DNA of 49,393 bases from Paraglomus brasilianum (GCA_910592345.1 CAJVPI010000143.1:1-49393), one strand, 5' to 3'. Counted from the first letter of the stretch, positions 26,242 through 39,425 are shown. The notes: generated from the letters alone by a model not told the origin. Numbers and translations are program-made.

Positions 26242-27216
26242 ATGTCGAGACCACGTATATCGTGCGAGTTTCCTGAAGCTAAACTGGCTGCTTGCTGCTG
26301 CTGTATTAAACTACGGCCTGGCACCGTACTAATATCGTGTATTTGGCTGGTAAGATTGAATGCATACTGTGCTTGCTGAAAGATCTGGGACCTTAATTCA
26401 CGGTATTATTTCTTGGCTTTTGGTGTAGGCATATAGTCTTTATACAGCATCTACTTTAATACTGGCTTACGTGGCAAATAAGAAGAACGAATATTGGTCT
26501 TCTAGCTGTAGGTATTTTTGGATTGAATATTGTCATTATTGCTAATTGTTGTCTCTTCACTCTCTCACTCGAATTGTGTTTGCAAAACAGTTTATAGCTA
26601 TTTTCAAGAATATACTCTGCCGATTGCAATAGTGCACTTGTTAACTGCTCTTGCCTCAGCATACGGTCTATTTCTGTTAGTGTTTTTGGTAAGCTCATTA
26701 ATTTTATTCTGTCATTCTTTCTTTTCTATTTTTCCTAATATTTCCTCTGCCTTTCATGCAGCCCACATCTAATAACATGCGGCAGTACGCTTACCTCGGC
26801 TACATTATAGCTTTTGTATTCTCCGTTGCGTGCTTATTTAATGTCTGTGTGCTTTTCTTTGATAAAGATCAGTTTTTGTCGGAATGCATAGGAAACTTTC
26901 CAGTTGATGACAGCGCTGATGCTAATAGTACTATTGCTAGCGATACATGCTCGCGGGCATACAACGCGTTGTTACCGCTCTCGATTTTATGGATGTTGCT
27001 TATTATAATGTTATCGGTGAGTATCGGAAAGGGAACAATAATAGAGATTGTGGAATAAGACGATAAATTTATATTCGTCTGTTAGTATGGATTGATTTAC
27101 TTAACAGTAATTATATGTTGAATTAGGTATATTGTTCGATGGTTATTTCAGCATATGCGAGAAGACTTGCCGAGAAAGAGGAAATTCGATCGATTGAACG
27201 ACAAGCAACACACTAG
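26242..27216 (+). CDS. Small four-transmembrane protein with an N-terminal CCCC motif (5 exons)
   Basis: Splices to MSRPRISCEFPEAKLAACCCCIKLRPGTVLISCIWL|AYSLYTASTLILAYVANK...|YFQEYTLPIAIVHLLTALASAYGLFLLVFL|PTSNNMRQYAYLGYIIAFVFSVACLFNVCVLFFDKDQFLSEC...TCSRAYNALLPLSILWMLLIIMLS|VYCSMVISAYARRLAEKEEIRSIERQATH*. The exon 2/3 junction is the least certain. Confidence 0.75.
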
Positions 27217-27441
27217 TAAAAAGACGTATCACATTTTGTAATATATATATGTAGAAGAGGCTCATTTGCACTCAAGTAAATTAAACGTACAGCCGTACAC
27301 CTTAGAAACTTTCAAACACCTCATTTTCAGTTGATCCGATTCTTGAGATATAGGTTGTTGGTTCCCTATCAACCATCTCAACGTGAAACTCATACACACA
27401 TTCTCAAGCCAAAGACTGTCAATTGTTTCAAAAGCTGTGCA

Positions 27442-27585
27442 CAGTGAAATTCACTTTACGAATGTCGCTTTATAACGAAGTTCTTTCCAGAAAGGATTCA
27501 TATATTTCATATAACAAACAGTTCACTTTCAGGTTGACGAAGCAAAATCGTGGAACGAATGTCTTCGTTAAAGTGAATTTCACTG
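27442..27585. mobile_element. MITE (144 bp) with Tc1/mariner-pogo-type terminal inverted repeats
   Basis: Left CAGTGAAATTCACTTTACGAA and right TTCGTTAAAGTGAATTTCACTG are reverse complements apart from one indel. The element is followed by TA and preceded by CA. Confidence 0.8.
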
Positions 27586-28152
27586 TATATTTCCTATAAT
27601 GCACCCTTTTCTTTTTCAGAGTTGAAAGTGATGAATACCTCGGTGATGCTGTTCCTAACGGTAATTTCTACAATCGTGTTTTTTGGATACAAGTACTTCT
27701 TTATCCCCAATCCAAATATTGACATCTGTAACTTACATTAATCAAATAAGATTATTGAAAAGAACGTTGGTTCTAAAAATAATAATAAATAGCGCAATAG
27801 TTACACTTTATGTTGTTACGGCACGAGTTTGCAACCATATGGTACATTATGTTATGGAACATGTATTACAAATGACAATTATACTCTTATTATTATGACA
27901 TTAGCGTTAGCGTTAGAACATGCCATGGCTCTCTAAAATTACGCAAACCACGTGCATTATACCGAATTGACAAAATTCGGTTGGTCCCTTTCACAAACAT
28001 GTTCGCGTACCCTTGCGTCATTGAGGGAGCGATTGAATTAGTTACTAGATTGAATCGCGTGACGTTCAATATTGAACCCCTGAAAAATTTTGTGTGGCGC
28101 CAAAGTTCAAAAGAACGAGTGTTTTCCTTTAAAATCATAAAATACAATAGAG

Positions 28153-30594
28153 ATGGATCAACTAGTGTCAGAATATGCCTCAACGAGTGAAGACTCTGAC
28201 GATCAAACGGCTCTCAAGCGCTCTAATCAAAGCAAAACCTCCACACAAATAACAAAGCGATCCAAAATCGATCTTGCACCAGAAGTCAGCCTTGAGGTAT
28301 GCTAATCTACTACCAGGCCACAACATCACCTCTTTACCTCCTAGTTCACCCTGTTATTCGTTCTTTTCTTCCACTTTCCCTCGCTCATCCTTTACAAATC
28401 CTTCATTGACACTAGTTTTCGCTGTCCACTCCATAGGATCAAAGACTCTCCAATGCCTTTTACACGAAACCCACCGACACTGAAATAGCCTTTAACATTC
28501 CATATGAAGATCTTTCCCGACCCGTGAACGGACCTTCTAATCCATTCTCCACGCGTGTGATGAACCAAAATGTCTTAACTGGACACGTAGAGGAACAAGT
28601 GTATTCGGAGATTGCATTCAAGACCCAACAGCGCACGTTTGCCTCGTTTGGATATGCACGAGATCCTACTTTACTCGACAATGTGGCTAGTGGGTCAGCA
28701 GAATTTGTAGGCAACGTAGAAAAGGCAATTGCAATGAACGGAGCCACAATTTATGATCCCACACCAAAAAAGAGCGGACCCGCACGATTGCCGAAAGGGG
28801 ATTCGGCAGTGTTGGAGGGTGAAAATGCATACAAGGGACCCTGGACTGGATACCACGGAGAGTCTATCGGCACACCAGTAGGGCCTCCGGAAGGTGCGAT
28901 TAGAACTCAAGCCGAGCCCGTTCAGAATCTAAAGAAGCAAGTCGAAGTTGGACAGGAGACGACTGTATTTCATGGTACGTTTGAATGGATCAAATTCTTT
29001 ACAGCAGTGGGTTGAGCGAATGGTTTTAGATTAGTTATGTTAATCAAAGTACTTTTCCGCGGTAGGCCAATCGGAGTTTGACTATCAGGGCAGAACTTAC
29101 ATGCATGTGCCGTTGGATTTGGATGTCAATCTTTTGAGTGAACCGGGATCTCAAGAATGCTTTATACCTAAACGTTGCATCCATACATGGTCGGGCCACA
29201 CCAAAGGTGTATCTGCCATCAGACTGTTCCCCAACTCGGCACATTTACTACTCTCTTGCAGTTTGGATTCCAAAATCAAAGTGAGTTTATACACGAAATT
29301 TTGACAAGTTTAAAGATGACTACATGATTAATTTCATTGGCCTTTGCAGATCTGGGATGTATATCATGATCGCCGGTGTCTGAGAACATATATCGGACAT
29401 AATAAAGCTGTGCGTGATGTATGTTTTAGCAACGATGGAAGGCGGTTCTTGTCTGCCAGCTATGATAAGTATATAAAATTATGGGACACAGAAACTGGTA
29501 AGAAAATATATATGTGTTGTCTCTGCCACTATAAACAACATTAAATACTGTTCTGTGATAGTATACTTATTTGATGTTACTTTCTTTCCCCGTCATTTTG
29601 CTCTTTGATTACATTAGGCCAATGTATAAAAGCATTTACTACAGGAAAACTTCCATATGTAGTAAAGTTTAACCCCGATGAGGACAAACAACCCATTTTC
29701 TTGGCTGGGTGCTCAGACAAGAAAATCGTACAGTTTGACATCAATACTGGTGAGGTCACTCAAGAGTATGATCAGCATCTTGGAGCAGTGAATACGATTA
29801 CTTTTGTCGATGAGAATAGAAGATTTGTCACGACTTCAGATGACAAGACTTTGAGAGCCTGGGAATTTGACATTCCCGTAGTGATAAAGTATATTGCAGA
29901 GCCACATATGCACAGTATGCCTGCCGTTACGTTGCATCCCAATAGTAAGTAGCTTGGCGATTATTATCACATCTGTTTGGTTAGTTTAATTTGTGAACGC
30001 TTTGTTAACGTATGCTCTACCATCTTAGAGAAATGGTTGGCATGCCAATCTCTAGATAACCAGATTGTAGTCTATGGAGCTAAAGACAGATTCCGATTGC
30101 ATCGTAAAAAACGGTTCACCGGACATTTGGTTGCAGGATATGCCTGTCAAGTCAACTTTTCCCCCGATGGAAGATTCATCATGTCTGGTGATTCGGAAGG
30201 GAACATGTGCTATTGGGTATGTACATAGAGTTAAGTAACTGTCGAAAATTCACTAATTGTAAATCAGTAACTTATATAAAATTATTTTACCGCTAGGATT
30301 GGAAGACATGCAAGCTACTAAAGTATTTATCGGTTACCATTCGCAATGGAGTTTTTGCTGTTGACCTTGCCGAATGATAGCTTACATGCCTTTATGCTTC
30401 TTGTTTAATAGAAAGTACAAGACCCATGAAATGGTTGTAATCGGATGCGAATGGCATCCACACGAGACTTCGAAAGTTGTGACATGTAGTTGGGACGGTC
30501 TAATTAAATTATGGGTAAACCGCGTCTTTCAGTAAAATTCAAACTGTTCAGAATATGCGCGATGCTAACCGTTTATTTGCATGTTTAGGACTAA
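28153..30594 (+). CDS. PRP17: Pre-mRNA splicing factor Prp17/Cdc40 (WD40 repeat)
   Basis: [10 protein letters not shown]...[120 protein letters not shown]. Confidence 0.96.
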
Positions 30595-31979
30595 TATGAC
30601 GACTTGAACCATGCAAAGCATAATAAGGTTTGTTGCATCATAATAAAATCTCTTGTTACTTGTTCAGTGACGACAATTTGAATCTAGGATTGTAATTCGT
30701 TAATTGTGGTTTACCTTATTTAAAAGCTTGGGTTTTTACACAACTTTTTTACATAGCAATTTTTTCCCAAGTTTTAGAAAGTATGTTCTGCTCAAATCAT
30801 CATAAACTATATTGGAAGCTCTGACACCTTAACATTAATTAGTGCTTACAGAGAGATATTGGATACTAAAAGTAGGGAATTTTTGAGAGGAGAATTACAA
30901 CAAGCTTCTCTGAAAAAATTGTTTAAAATGGTGGTAAATAGTCTTTAAGGCCAATTAACACTGATTTGTACATCACTCATGCCCAAGAACAACAGACTTG
31001 AATAAAAATGGAATGGTATACTAATATTAATACTATCTTGCTGAACATTAACATTGACCATTGAGATATTCGCAAAACTTTATTTCGGCATACACAAACA
31101 CTCTCCTAAGTCGGTCGTATAAATGGAACAAATTTAAATTTTCTTCACGCCGCGAACCATGGAGAAACTACTCCGGCTCTAATTAAGGCGATCGATATAT
31201 TCAAATATTGCCAACAGCCATAATAATAGTGTTTCTGATCAACGGTTGACACAATCTTGTATTTTCTAGCGATAAGGAATTGTTTTACTCGCAGTAAATT
31301 ATCGCGAATGTTGGCCAGATAATCTGCAAATAATTGTATAAACATTACAAAGCAACAAACCAATACCAGACATCTACATATCTTTCGTTGTTTACAATGA
31401 TAATCTTATGTACATTGTGCAGATGAGCTTGCATATATTCCAAATAATTGAAATAATAATACATATAAAAATATCTTATTCAAACTAATTCGCTTTCAGA
31501 CTTGCTGGAGAAGAAAATAATAGTGGGCAAACGAAAAATCCAGGTCTCGAGTAATTCACAATAGTAAGATTGTAATTTATTCTGATTGGATGATCGTTAA
31601 CCAATTTGTATTGAATTTAACCAATAGTGCGTTTGCAGACGACTAATTGTTAATGCTTGTATACAGAACAAAGAAACGGATCTTCCTTCCTCATTATAAA
31701 AGAATTAAATGGAAGCTAATTGTTTCCAGGACCCACCAGCAAAAAAAACATTGACTAGATTAGATTAGACTGTTGCTGATCGACAAATCTAGTAATCAAG
31801 AATGAGCGTGTGTTTCAAACACTGCGTAGAAGGGAAAGGGAAAGAGGAATATTGTACGTCGAGGAGCGGAGCGGCATTTGTTTGTAACCAAAACTTCTCT
31901 AATAGTTCGTCTTGTATCCGTTATTTTGGATGTGTCAACGTATATTACTACTTTTGAACAGTGTCATTTATGAATCCTT

Positions 31980-32760
31980 CTTTCATTATTAGCATAGTTC
32001 ATATAAACAAACATGACCACGTATCATCAAATTTAGAATACAGTAGTTACTGGAGAAAGTCTATTGATAGATTACAACTTGTGTACATAATTGTTTCTTC
32101 AAAGTTGCTTATGGTTGCAAATACTACAAATACTTGCTTGTATAGTTGGTGGTATTGTTAATATTATTCATTCCATTGCCATAGTATGTGACGTCAGCGT
32201 TTTACAGCATAATTTTCGTTATTTTACAGCTTGCTTTTTGGAAACGCTATCAATTTAAAAAGACGATCTTTACGACAACAACATGTCCGCAACAAAAATT
32301 TTGCCCCAAACCCTGGTCGATGTTTGCAATTACCAAAATCTTTAATGACAATGATATTAGATATCCGCAGATTAGCGGTAAATAGTAATACATATTAATA
32401 TGTATTAATATTAATATAATTTTTAGTGTTCAACTAGTACTAGACAATGCGCTTCCGAAAATGGTATAACGTACGGATGGGATGGATCATTACCACCATA
32501 ATAATAAACAAACGTTCATGTTGCACTACTTCGGGTAACCCGAGAGACATGTGTTGGATACCCGCCAATTTAACCGGTCATACCCGCAATATTGTTTTGT
32601 CACAGAATACAGGAATAATTATTACATTTACGAACCCGAGAAACATGGTCGAGACAAAGAGTAATATTGTTAATATTATCATCGATGGGTTGAGAAACTT
32701 TCGTCTCGTCTACCGGTAATGAGTTGAAGTATTCATGCCATTGAACAGAAGATAATCCAA
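31980..32760 (-). pseudogene. Probable decayed gene of unknown family
   Basis: A minus-strand frame reads SLPVDETKVSQPIDDNINNITLCLDHVSRVRKCNNYSCIL*QNNIAGMTG*IGGYPTHVSRVTRSSAT*TFVYYYGGNDPSHPYVIPFSEAHCL, followed by an intron-like AT-rich gap and a further stop-interrupted frame. Confidence 0.35.
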
Positions 32761-34276
32761 AACACTTTCGAAACATTTATTATAACATCACGTTGTTGCA
32801 CATACCGTGACAGGTTACGCTACTAGTATACACTATTTGGAATACGTGCATACAATTAATTTAACAAAATTAAGCTTCTTTCCACGATAATACTAATGCG
32901 AATATTCTCTACCACGCTCTAACCATAACTGGTGTCGCAGAGAGTTTTCCAGCATTATTAAGAAACCAATCGAATTAATCGATGTAGTCTCTAAAACGTT
33001 TCCAGTCAAACGATATTCGGGATATTCAGGCGACGGATAATCCACGGGAGCTAAAAATTCGAGTGTGGGAAATTATTATTATGCACACACCATCAACAAA
33101 CTTTAATCTGCTTGACACATACATACAGTAGACTTGTAAATTCATTGGTTTACGTCTTCGAGTTTACACAATTCCGTTTGCCATTTATTTCGTCAAATTT
33201 TCAGAGATAAATTGTATGGTGATGCTAGAAACTGTCACAAATTAAACTAGCAAATTTTTAAGGGGAGAACGAAACTTTTGGATTGCCGTGTGGGAGCCAG
33301 TAGATTGTCAGATGATTGCCAATGGTTTCCTGTTTAATTATGTCGGATAAGATTACAAGATTTATTGGTTTAAGCTAACTTTATCAACTAGTTAAACTTG
33401 CATAAACGACCTGCTTTGCATAAGACCACCACCACACATGATAAACATGCCGGGTTTTCCTCCCTCGTTCTCTATACTGAATTACAATATCAGCCCACTT
33501 GAAACAGCGCTGCTTGAATTTGAATTATTAAATGCAATGAATAGCTACGCCATCCTGTGTAAAGAGAGTCGATTTGTACATAGATAACGAATGATTGCGT
33601 AGGCGTAATGCCTTTGGTGTACATGTCAGCGTATCGATAGAGATTTTCATTTTTGGTCACTTAAAGGATAACACAGATGATCATTTTTAATGCTCACACA
33701 TGAGCACTTGTCTAATATGGCAAAACTGATGTTACCTTGTCCTCCGATTAATTGTTATTAAGGTTTGGATCTAAATTCTAGTACAAATTCTTCTATTCGG
33801 CACATTTAAGACAAAGGGTTTTTTGTTTTGTGTAACGCATACTTTTAAAACATAGTACAAACATTATTTGGTAACATTTCATAATAATCGCAACGATATA
33901 GGCCGAAATCGAAGGAAATGAAAATTTAAAGAATACAGGAGATAACGGACGATGTACCGGTTATGAACATTATTAATACGCTATGATAACGATTGTTCTA
34001 GTACATTTGGTGTATCTCGAATAACCACAAAACATGATCACAGCATGTTCCACACGTGACCAATACTATATTTGATATATTAATATATAACAGGCAAACG
34101 GTGAAAACAACGGTGAAAAAGTAACGAACACGCACTCACTCATTGTCAGCAGTTATAGACCCCAGAGTTTTTAGCAACATTCTTTTAAATTTCAAGACGG
34201 TTAGCCCTGATACCGATACGTCTCTTGTCAACTAAAAGAATCTGGACTGCTTCAGTGGACATTATAATTAGCGTGT

Positions 34277-35465
34277 ATGATGATGAATCAATCAAACATA
34301 TTAATTCTGTCTATGACAATTACCACACTGAGTGTCATTATCATAGCATACCACTGTATATTACGATTTACTCGATTACGAATAGCCTTGTAAGTAATGC
34401 CTCTCTCTTATGCTGTAATGTACATGCAAACCTTAGGTTTCACGAAACTATTCAACTCATACTTCCTTCTTCTTCTTTTACAGCCTATTAGCATCTGCTG
34501 TAACGTGCGCAATGTCAATGTTTAACTATTACCGGGCAAAAGCCTCGGATCCACACGTAACCAAAATATATCAAATGGTCAGCATAGTGTCCTCGGCATT
34601 ATACGCAACATTAACTAATATTGCCTTTCTCGACCTTGGACGTCGATTCTATCAAAAAAACGCGTGGAAGACCAAATTATGGCACCTGACAATTGGCGGA
34701 ACAGCCATTTATAACGCTTTGGCATTGACGCAATTGCTGTTGCTATCAGACACAACGAGATATTCGCCCAACTTTACCGTTAGTGTGGCTGAATTCGTAT
34801 CGGGATTTATTATCGCGGGGTTAGCATTCCTTTATACCTTCAAGCCGATTCTATCTTATGCATTTTCATCATATGCATGTTACGACTGTCCGTCATCATC
34901 GACAACACAGCCCACCACCACTCCCTGTTCGCAATCTGTTGTTTATCCGATATCGGTTTCTTCTCGGTCAGCGGTTTTTTCTTCTCGGACACTTTCGCTT
35001 TCGAGTCATAAAACGCAACCACAGAATATAGCCGTCGGTTTTTGGTACTTTATAACTACTTCGATTGTGGGGATATCCTGTTTTGCGTTTAATCTATACT
35101 TTACACTAAAATTACACGATTTGTGCTGGCCGACTGTGCATGCGTTTGACTACTTCCACAAAGCACTCTTTGTAATGAATTTATCGATACCATTACCTAA
35201 ATGTGTGGCTGGTGCATTAAAGAAATCCAGAGAAAACGCTGAGGAAGAAGGCGGTATAGGCAATAAGATTGCTATAGTTGGAAAGTTTAGAGGCAACGAT
35301 GCTGGGAACACACACAATATCGAGGAAGCCAATAAGACTGCTACAATTGGAAACGATGTTGAGAACACACACAATATCGAGGAAGCCGTTATGGACGATA
35401 AAGCAACAGCGGTTGGGCCGTGCAAGAGCAACGATGCTGAAAACGCAACCGACAATAATAGTTGA
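34277..35465 (+). CDS. Orphan seven-transmembrane (GPCR-like topology) protein, 2 exons
   Basis: Exon 1 34277-34389 encodes MMMNQSNILILSMTITTLSVIIIAYHCILRFTRLRIA. Intron 34390-34483 (GTAAGT...TTTACAG) joins it in frame to the 317-aa ORF. Seven hydrophobic segments by eye, a long Ser/Thr-rich loop between segments 5 and 6, and a hydrophilic tail. Confidence 0.75.
35292..35388 (+). repeat. Coding tandem duplication (57-nt period) in the tail of the 7-TM protein
   Basis: GAACACACACAATATCGAGGAAGCC occurs twice, encoding GNDAGNTHNIEEA and GNDVENTHNIEEA. Confidence 0.8.
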
Positions 35466-37376
35466 CGCGTCGAGCAGATGCAATAACAAACAAACATTTT
35501 ACCTATTATTTATCTACTAATGTGTAGTTAGAACTATAGTAGCAGAAACTGTATAAATGTATATGACGATAATATAATAAATCTGAATTAGAGATTAGAT
35601 TCTGCTAACGATAGTTATAAAGTACGCTTTGAATGACAAAAGCCCTTTAGTGCACCAATTTCTCTATCGATCGAGCATTGTTTTATTGAACTGGTGTGCA
35701 TTGTACCAGCTTCACATAAAACCATGTCTTGGCTGGGTAAGGTTTTTTGGGAGAGGAAGGTTTTGCTCAAAACGACCGAAAAAGTCTTAGTCTTTAGGAT
35801 GCCAAATCAGATAACTATCGTGGGCTAGCTAACTTACGACGGGCAAAACTTTTATTCAAGGTGGCCAACATGTCTGGGTTCAAGGCGAACGTCTTTATCG
35901 AATTGGTGGTAATTAATGTTGCTTTCCGATAATGATTGATGACATTCGCATGGGGTATTTATAAAATTCGAAAGCCTTGGCTGCATAATATATTCTAAGC
36001 AATCATGGAACGAGTACATGTTACACGGTGAGTAAATTTACCTGCCAAGGAATTACCTTCTTGGCGTCTGCTAATGTTGAGCGAATGTACGTTATTGATT
36101 GGTGTAGTAAATTTTTTGCGGTTGGACAGGAAAAATTCGTTTACGCCAGAAAATTTGTATTCGTATACAAATTCTAAGACTTATACAAAGGGATTTATAA
36201 ACATTGCGTTCTTGCGACTCTTCCCATTGGGCCAGCTTACATAAAGGGAAAAATTCAAACAAACAAATACGTACATAAAGCCTAGACAAATCTGCGTCAC
36301 GGACTATGATCCAAACATATTTCGGTAAACGGTTGTTCTTATCTCTGTCCCTGTCTGCTCACAGCCAAGAAAGCTTCCCATTCGCGTGCGAGAAGATTTT
36401 TTAAAGTCATCGGATACTTTGTGCTTCACACTATCTAGATTTGGTCAGTTAAGAATTGATTAGATAAACCGAATGTTCACTTGTTTTACAACAGATGCGT
36501 GCTGTATACCTTTTACAGAGAAGCGTTACTTATCAAACAAAGACGGTATCAGTGATTATGTATATATTGAGTTGGAGGGTTTACAGGAAATTTAAAATTC
36601 ACTATACCCACGCAAAAAACAAGGCCTTTTTTATTGATAATCTTCTTTCAAGGTTATTCTAATCATATCGGCGTGGAACCAACCGCTTATATGTTTATGT
36701 GCAATTTACCAGACCCAACATTATTATGCAAATTCTAGGCTTGGCAGGTTTGAAATCTCGACAATGAGCATGCGGCGTTCACCTAGTCTTTGGTTACAAT
36801 TTCCATTGTGCATTGTTATAACGGTTTACAACAATAACACGTGTTTATAATAATATAACAATAAACCATAGTAATACAATGGACTCTCCCTAAGTGCAGC
36901 ACCGACAGGACCATAGGCACGGCCTGCATTTATAGAGAATCTGCATTTATAGAGAGTAAAATACTTAATGGTCTTATAATCTCGGGACCAAACCAGAGCC
37001 TGCATTTAGGGAGGGAAAATATAGTGCTTGCACCTAGAGAAGCTGCACTTAGAGAAGCTGCGCTTAGGGAGAGTCCACTGTGGCTTTTAATTACTAATTG
37101 ATGGTAATACCGGAGATGTCGAACTATAATAACTGTAGTTTTTACTTGCAATCAAAGTTGTGTGTAATTATTATGTTATTACATGCCTTGGCTTGGTACA
37201 TTTAAAGCATAAATTAAAAAATTCTCTAAAACAATTACGACCAATAAGATAATTAATACGCGTTCTGTCTTAAACATACGGTACAAGGTTCGGAAAAAGC
37301 CTCGAACACAACTCGGTTTTTATCAACACAATGTGATTTCTTGTTATGGTTGCTAGACTGTATATTTAATGTCACG

Positions 37377-37488
37377 GCTGATGCTGAAATCCGGCTGAAG
37401 CTGAAACCATGACTTTTCATTGGTTGATCAGATTTTATTCTCTAATCCCATTGGTTAGTTTCAGCTTCAGCTGGATTTCAACATCAGC
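37377..37488. mobile_element. Foldback / MITE-like inverted repeat (112 bp)
   Basis: Left arm GCTGATGCTGAAATCCGGCTGAAGCTGAAAC pairs with right arm GTTTCAGCTTCAGCTGGATTTCAACATCAGC (31 bp, 2 mismatches). Confidence 0.7.
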
Positions 37489-39141
37489 TCTCACATTATA
37501 TCGGATACTAATATGCCAATGTTAAATGGTATTTTGTCCAATGAACACCATGCTTTTGTTGATATAATGTTTTGCTGAATAAAGTTTATGTATATTTATA
37601 TATTACTCAATTTATGCAATAATCTTCATTATGGCCCTTTGTTACCATAGCAGTTAATGGTGCGCATAATGATTACTATATCCAAATGCAGTAAGATCAA
37701 AGGCATTGCATGACATGGACATCCTCCTCGGATAAAAATAATGAAAACCGTTAATTTCGCTGTTAAGACTAGAAAGGATTACTAACAAAACTTCCAGATT
37801 TACATGTTTGTAGTATCTGCAACTTTTATAATTTCATTAGGAGAAAATTATCACGATCTCCGTTTCAGAATTTTTGACCAAACAAATTCAACTTGCTGCG
37901 GTTTACAGCAAAAGTATGCTTCATGTTCTGCAATACGTACACTTAATTTATATCTCATTACTAACTACTTTTTTATTTGCGGTGCAATTGTAGTGCTAGC
38001 ATAATGTCAGGAGTAGAGTTAAAAGTCCATATCATTCCATGTTTGCCAAAATTACTCGCCAATTACATTGCAAATAAATCCAATACCTATTTACCCGACA
38101 TGACCATGCCACTCTTATGAAATTCTATCCTATCAGCTTCTTCAATGGCGCGCTGAATCCAATGCAAATTCTCTTGGGTGACAAATATGTTCTGGCGTGG
38201 GAACAAGCAGAGACGGAAACTTAATACACCAATTACATCCAGAAGCCGATATGTCCAAGGGAGAGCCGAGAAAGACTTGCACAAATGAACGGCTTTTGCA
38301 CATAACGTTTACCCGTAACGTTGATGGTTTGTCTTGTTGTTGTGGAGCAACTTAATGAGGGTGCTATAATAAATTTAGTCGGTATTTATCGTTCGCGTGA
38401 TTATGTATTTGTATGCGCAAAGACCAATCATGACTTTAACTCCCCTCATACACGATTACCAATCAGGGACAATTATGATTACACGATCGTGTAACAAACA
38501 ATTAAAAGGCTTAGGATCCGGGAAATGTAGCCTTATTTGTCTATTCCCCGCATTTAGACACTTAATAATGCCATTTAAAAAATGGTTTGTGCATTATGAA
38601 ATTGAAACTGCTTAAATGGCACGATAAGGTTAGTTATACGTATTATTATTATTCTTATGATGCTGGCAACCGCATAGCATAGCATCGTACCGCTATTCCA
38701 TATTAAAATTAATTATATTCGAGACTCTGATAAAGTTGTTGTGTCTGAGTCTCAGTTCAGAACTCGGACACTCAATCCAGAACTCAATCCAGAACTAAGT
38801 TGTCAACTGAGACACCCAACTGAGGTACAACAGAGTCGCCTTTTCCCATCATATTACAGCATGTTGTGTGGCCGTCCGCATGATTGTAAATCATACAAAC
38901 AAAGCATTATTGTTAGCGATTAACGATTTTGTGGACTTAATTTACTCCTCTCATCATAATTGTTTGAGATCTCATTTGATCGGTAAGAAGGATGCTTCCA
39001 ACTTTCTAACTAGTGCGGATCATTAATTTTCGGAATTACTTATTTGTTCATAACCGAAATTAACTCGATAGTCCTGTACAAATCTCCTCAAATATAAAGA
39101 AAGTCCAAACTGCCCTTTCAAGCTCCAACAAAAAAGTAATC

Positions 39142-39425
39142 ATGAATTCAAAAATCATTCTCCTGCTGATCGCTCTTGCCCTGTTTGCCAGTATGGTACC
39201 AAGCGTCAATGCTAAAACAGATTGCCCTAATCCAGCACCTTTTTGCGATAAGGGTAATTAATCGTTATAATATTATTTCTGTTGAAAAAATAATAATAGA
39301 CTGTAATCTAAATTATATTACTTATTTCAGGAACCGAGGTGTGCATCTTCAATCAGAACACCCAAGAATGCACATGTTCCTGCTGTGACGACAATGGAAC
39401 AAATTGCGACCAAAATTTCCCTTAA
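39142..39425 (+). CDS. Small secreted cysteine-rich peptide (68 aa, 8 Cys), 2 exons
   Basis: Exon 1 39142-39253, intron 39254-39330 (GTAATT...TTTCAG), exon 2 39331-39425. Product MNSKIILLLIALALFASMVPSVNA-KTDCPNPAPFCDKGTEVCIFNQNTQECTCSCCDDNGTNCDQNFP*. Signal peptide ends V-N-A. TATAAA lies ~50 nt upstream. Confidence 0.88.

Noticed and set aside
36925..37072. 15-17-nt tandem repeats (CTGCATTTATAGAGA; TAGAGAAGCTGC)
   Set aside because: Only 2-3 degenerate units with no supported ORF; an ordinary minisatellite remnant.
38087..38400. Possible coding relic on the minus strand
   Set aside because: Could not be tied to any family or exon chain.
38740..38826. Short direct and inverted repeats (ACTCAATCCAGA x2; CTCAGTT/AACTGAG)
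   Set aside because: Arms are too short to call a MITE without copy-number data.
39176..39388. 70-aa ORF from the track
   Set aside because: Wrong frame that reads through the intron of the real Cys-rich peptide gene.
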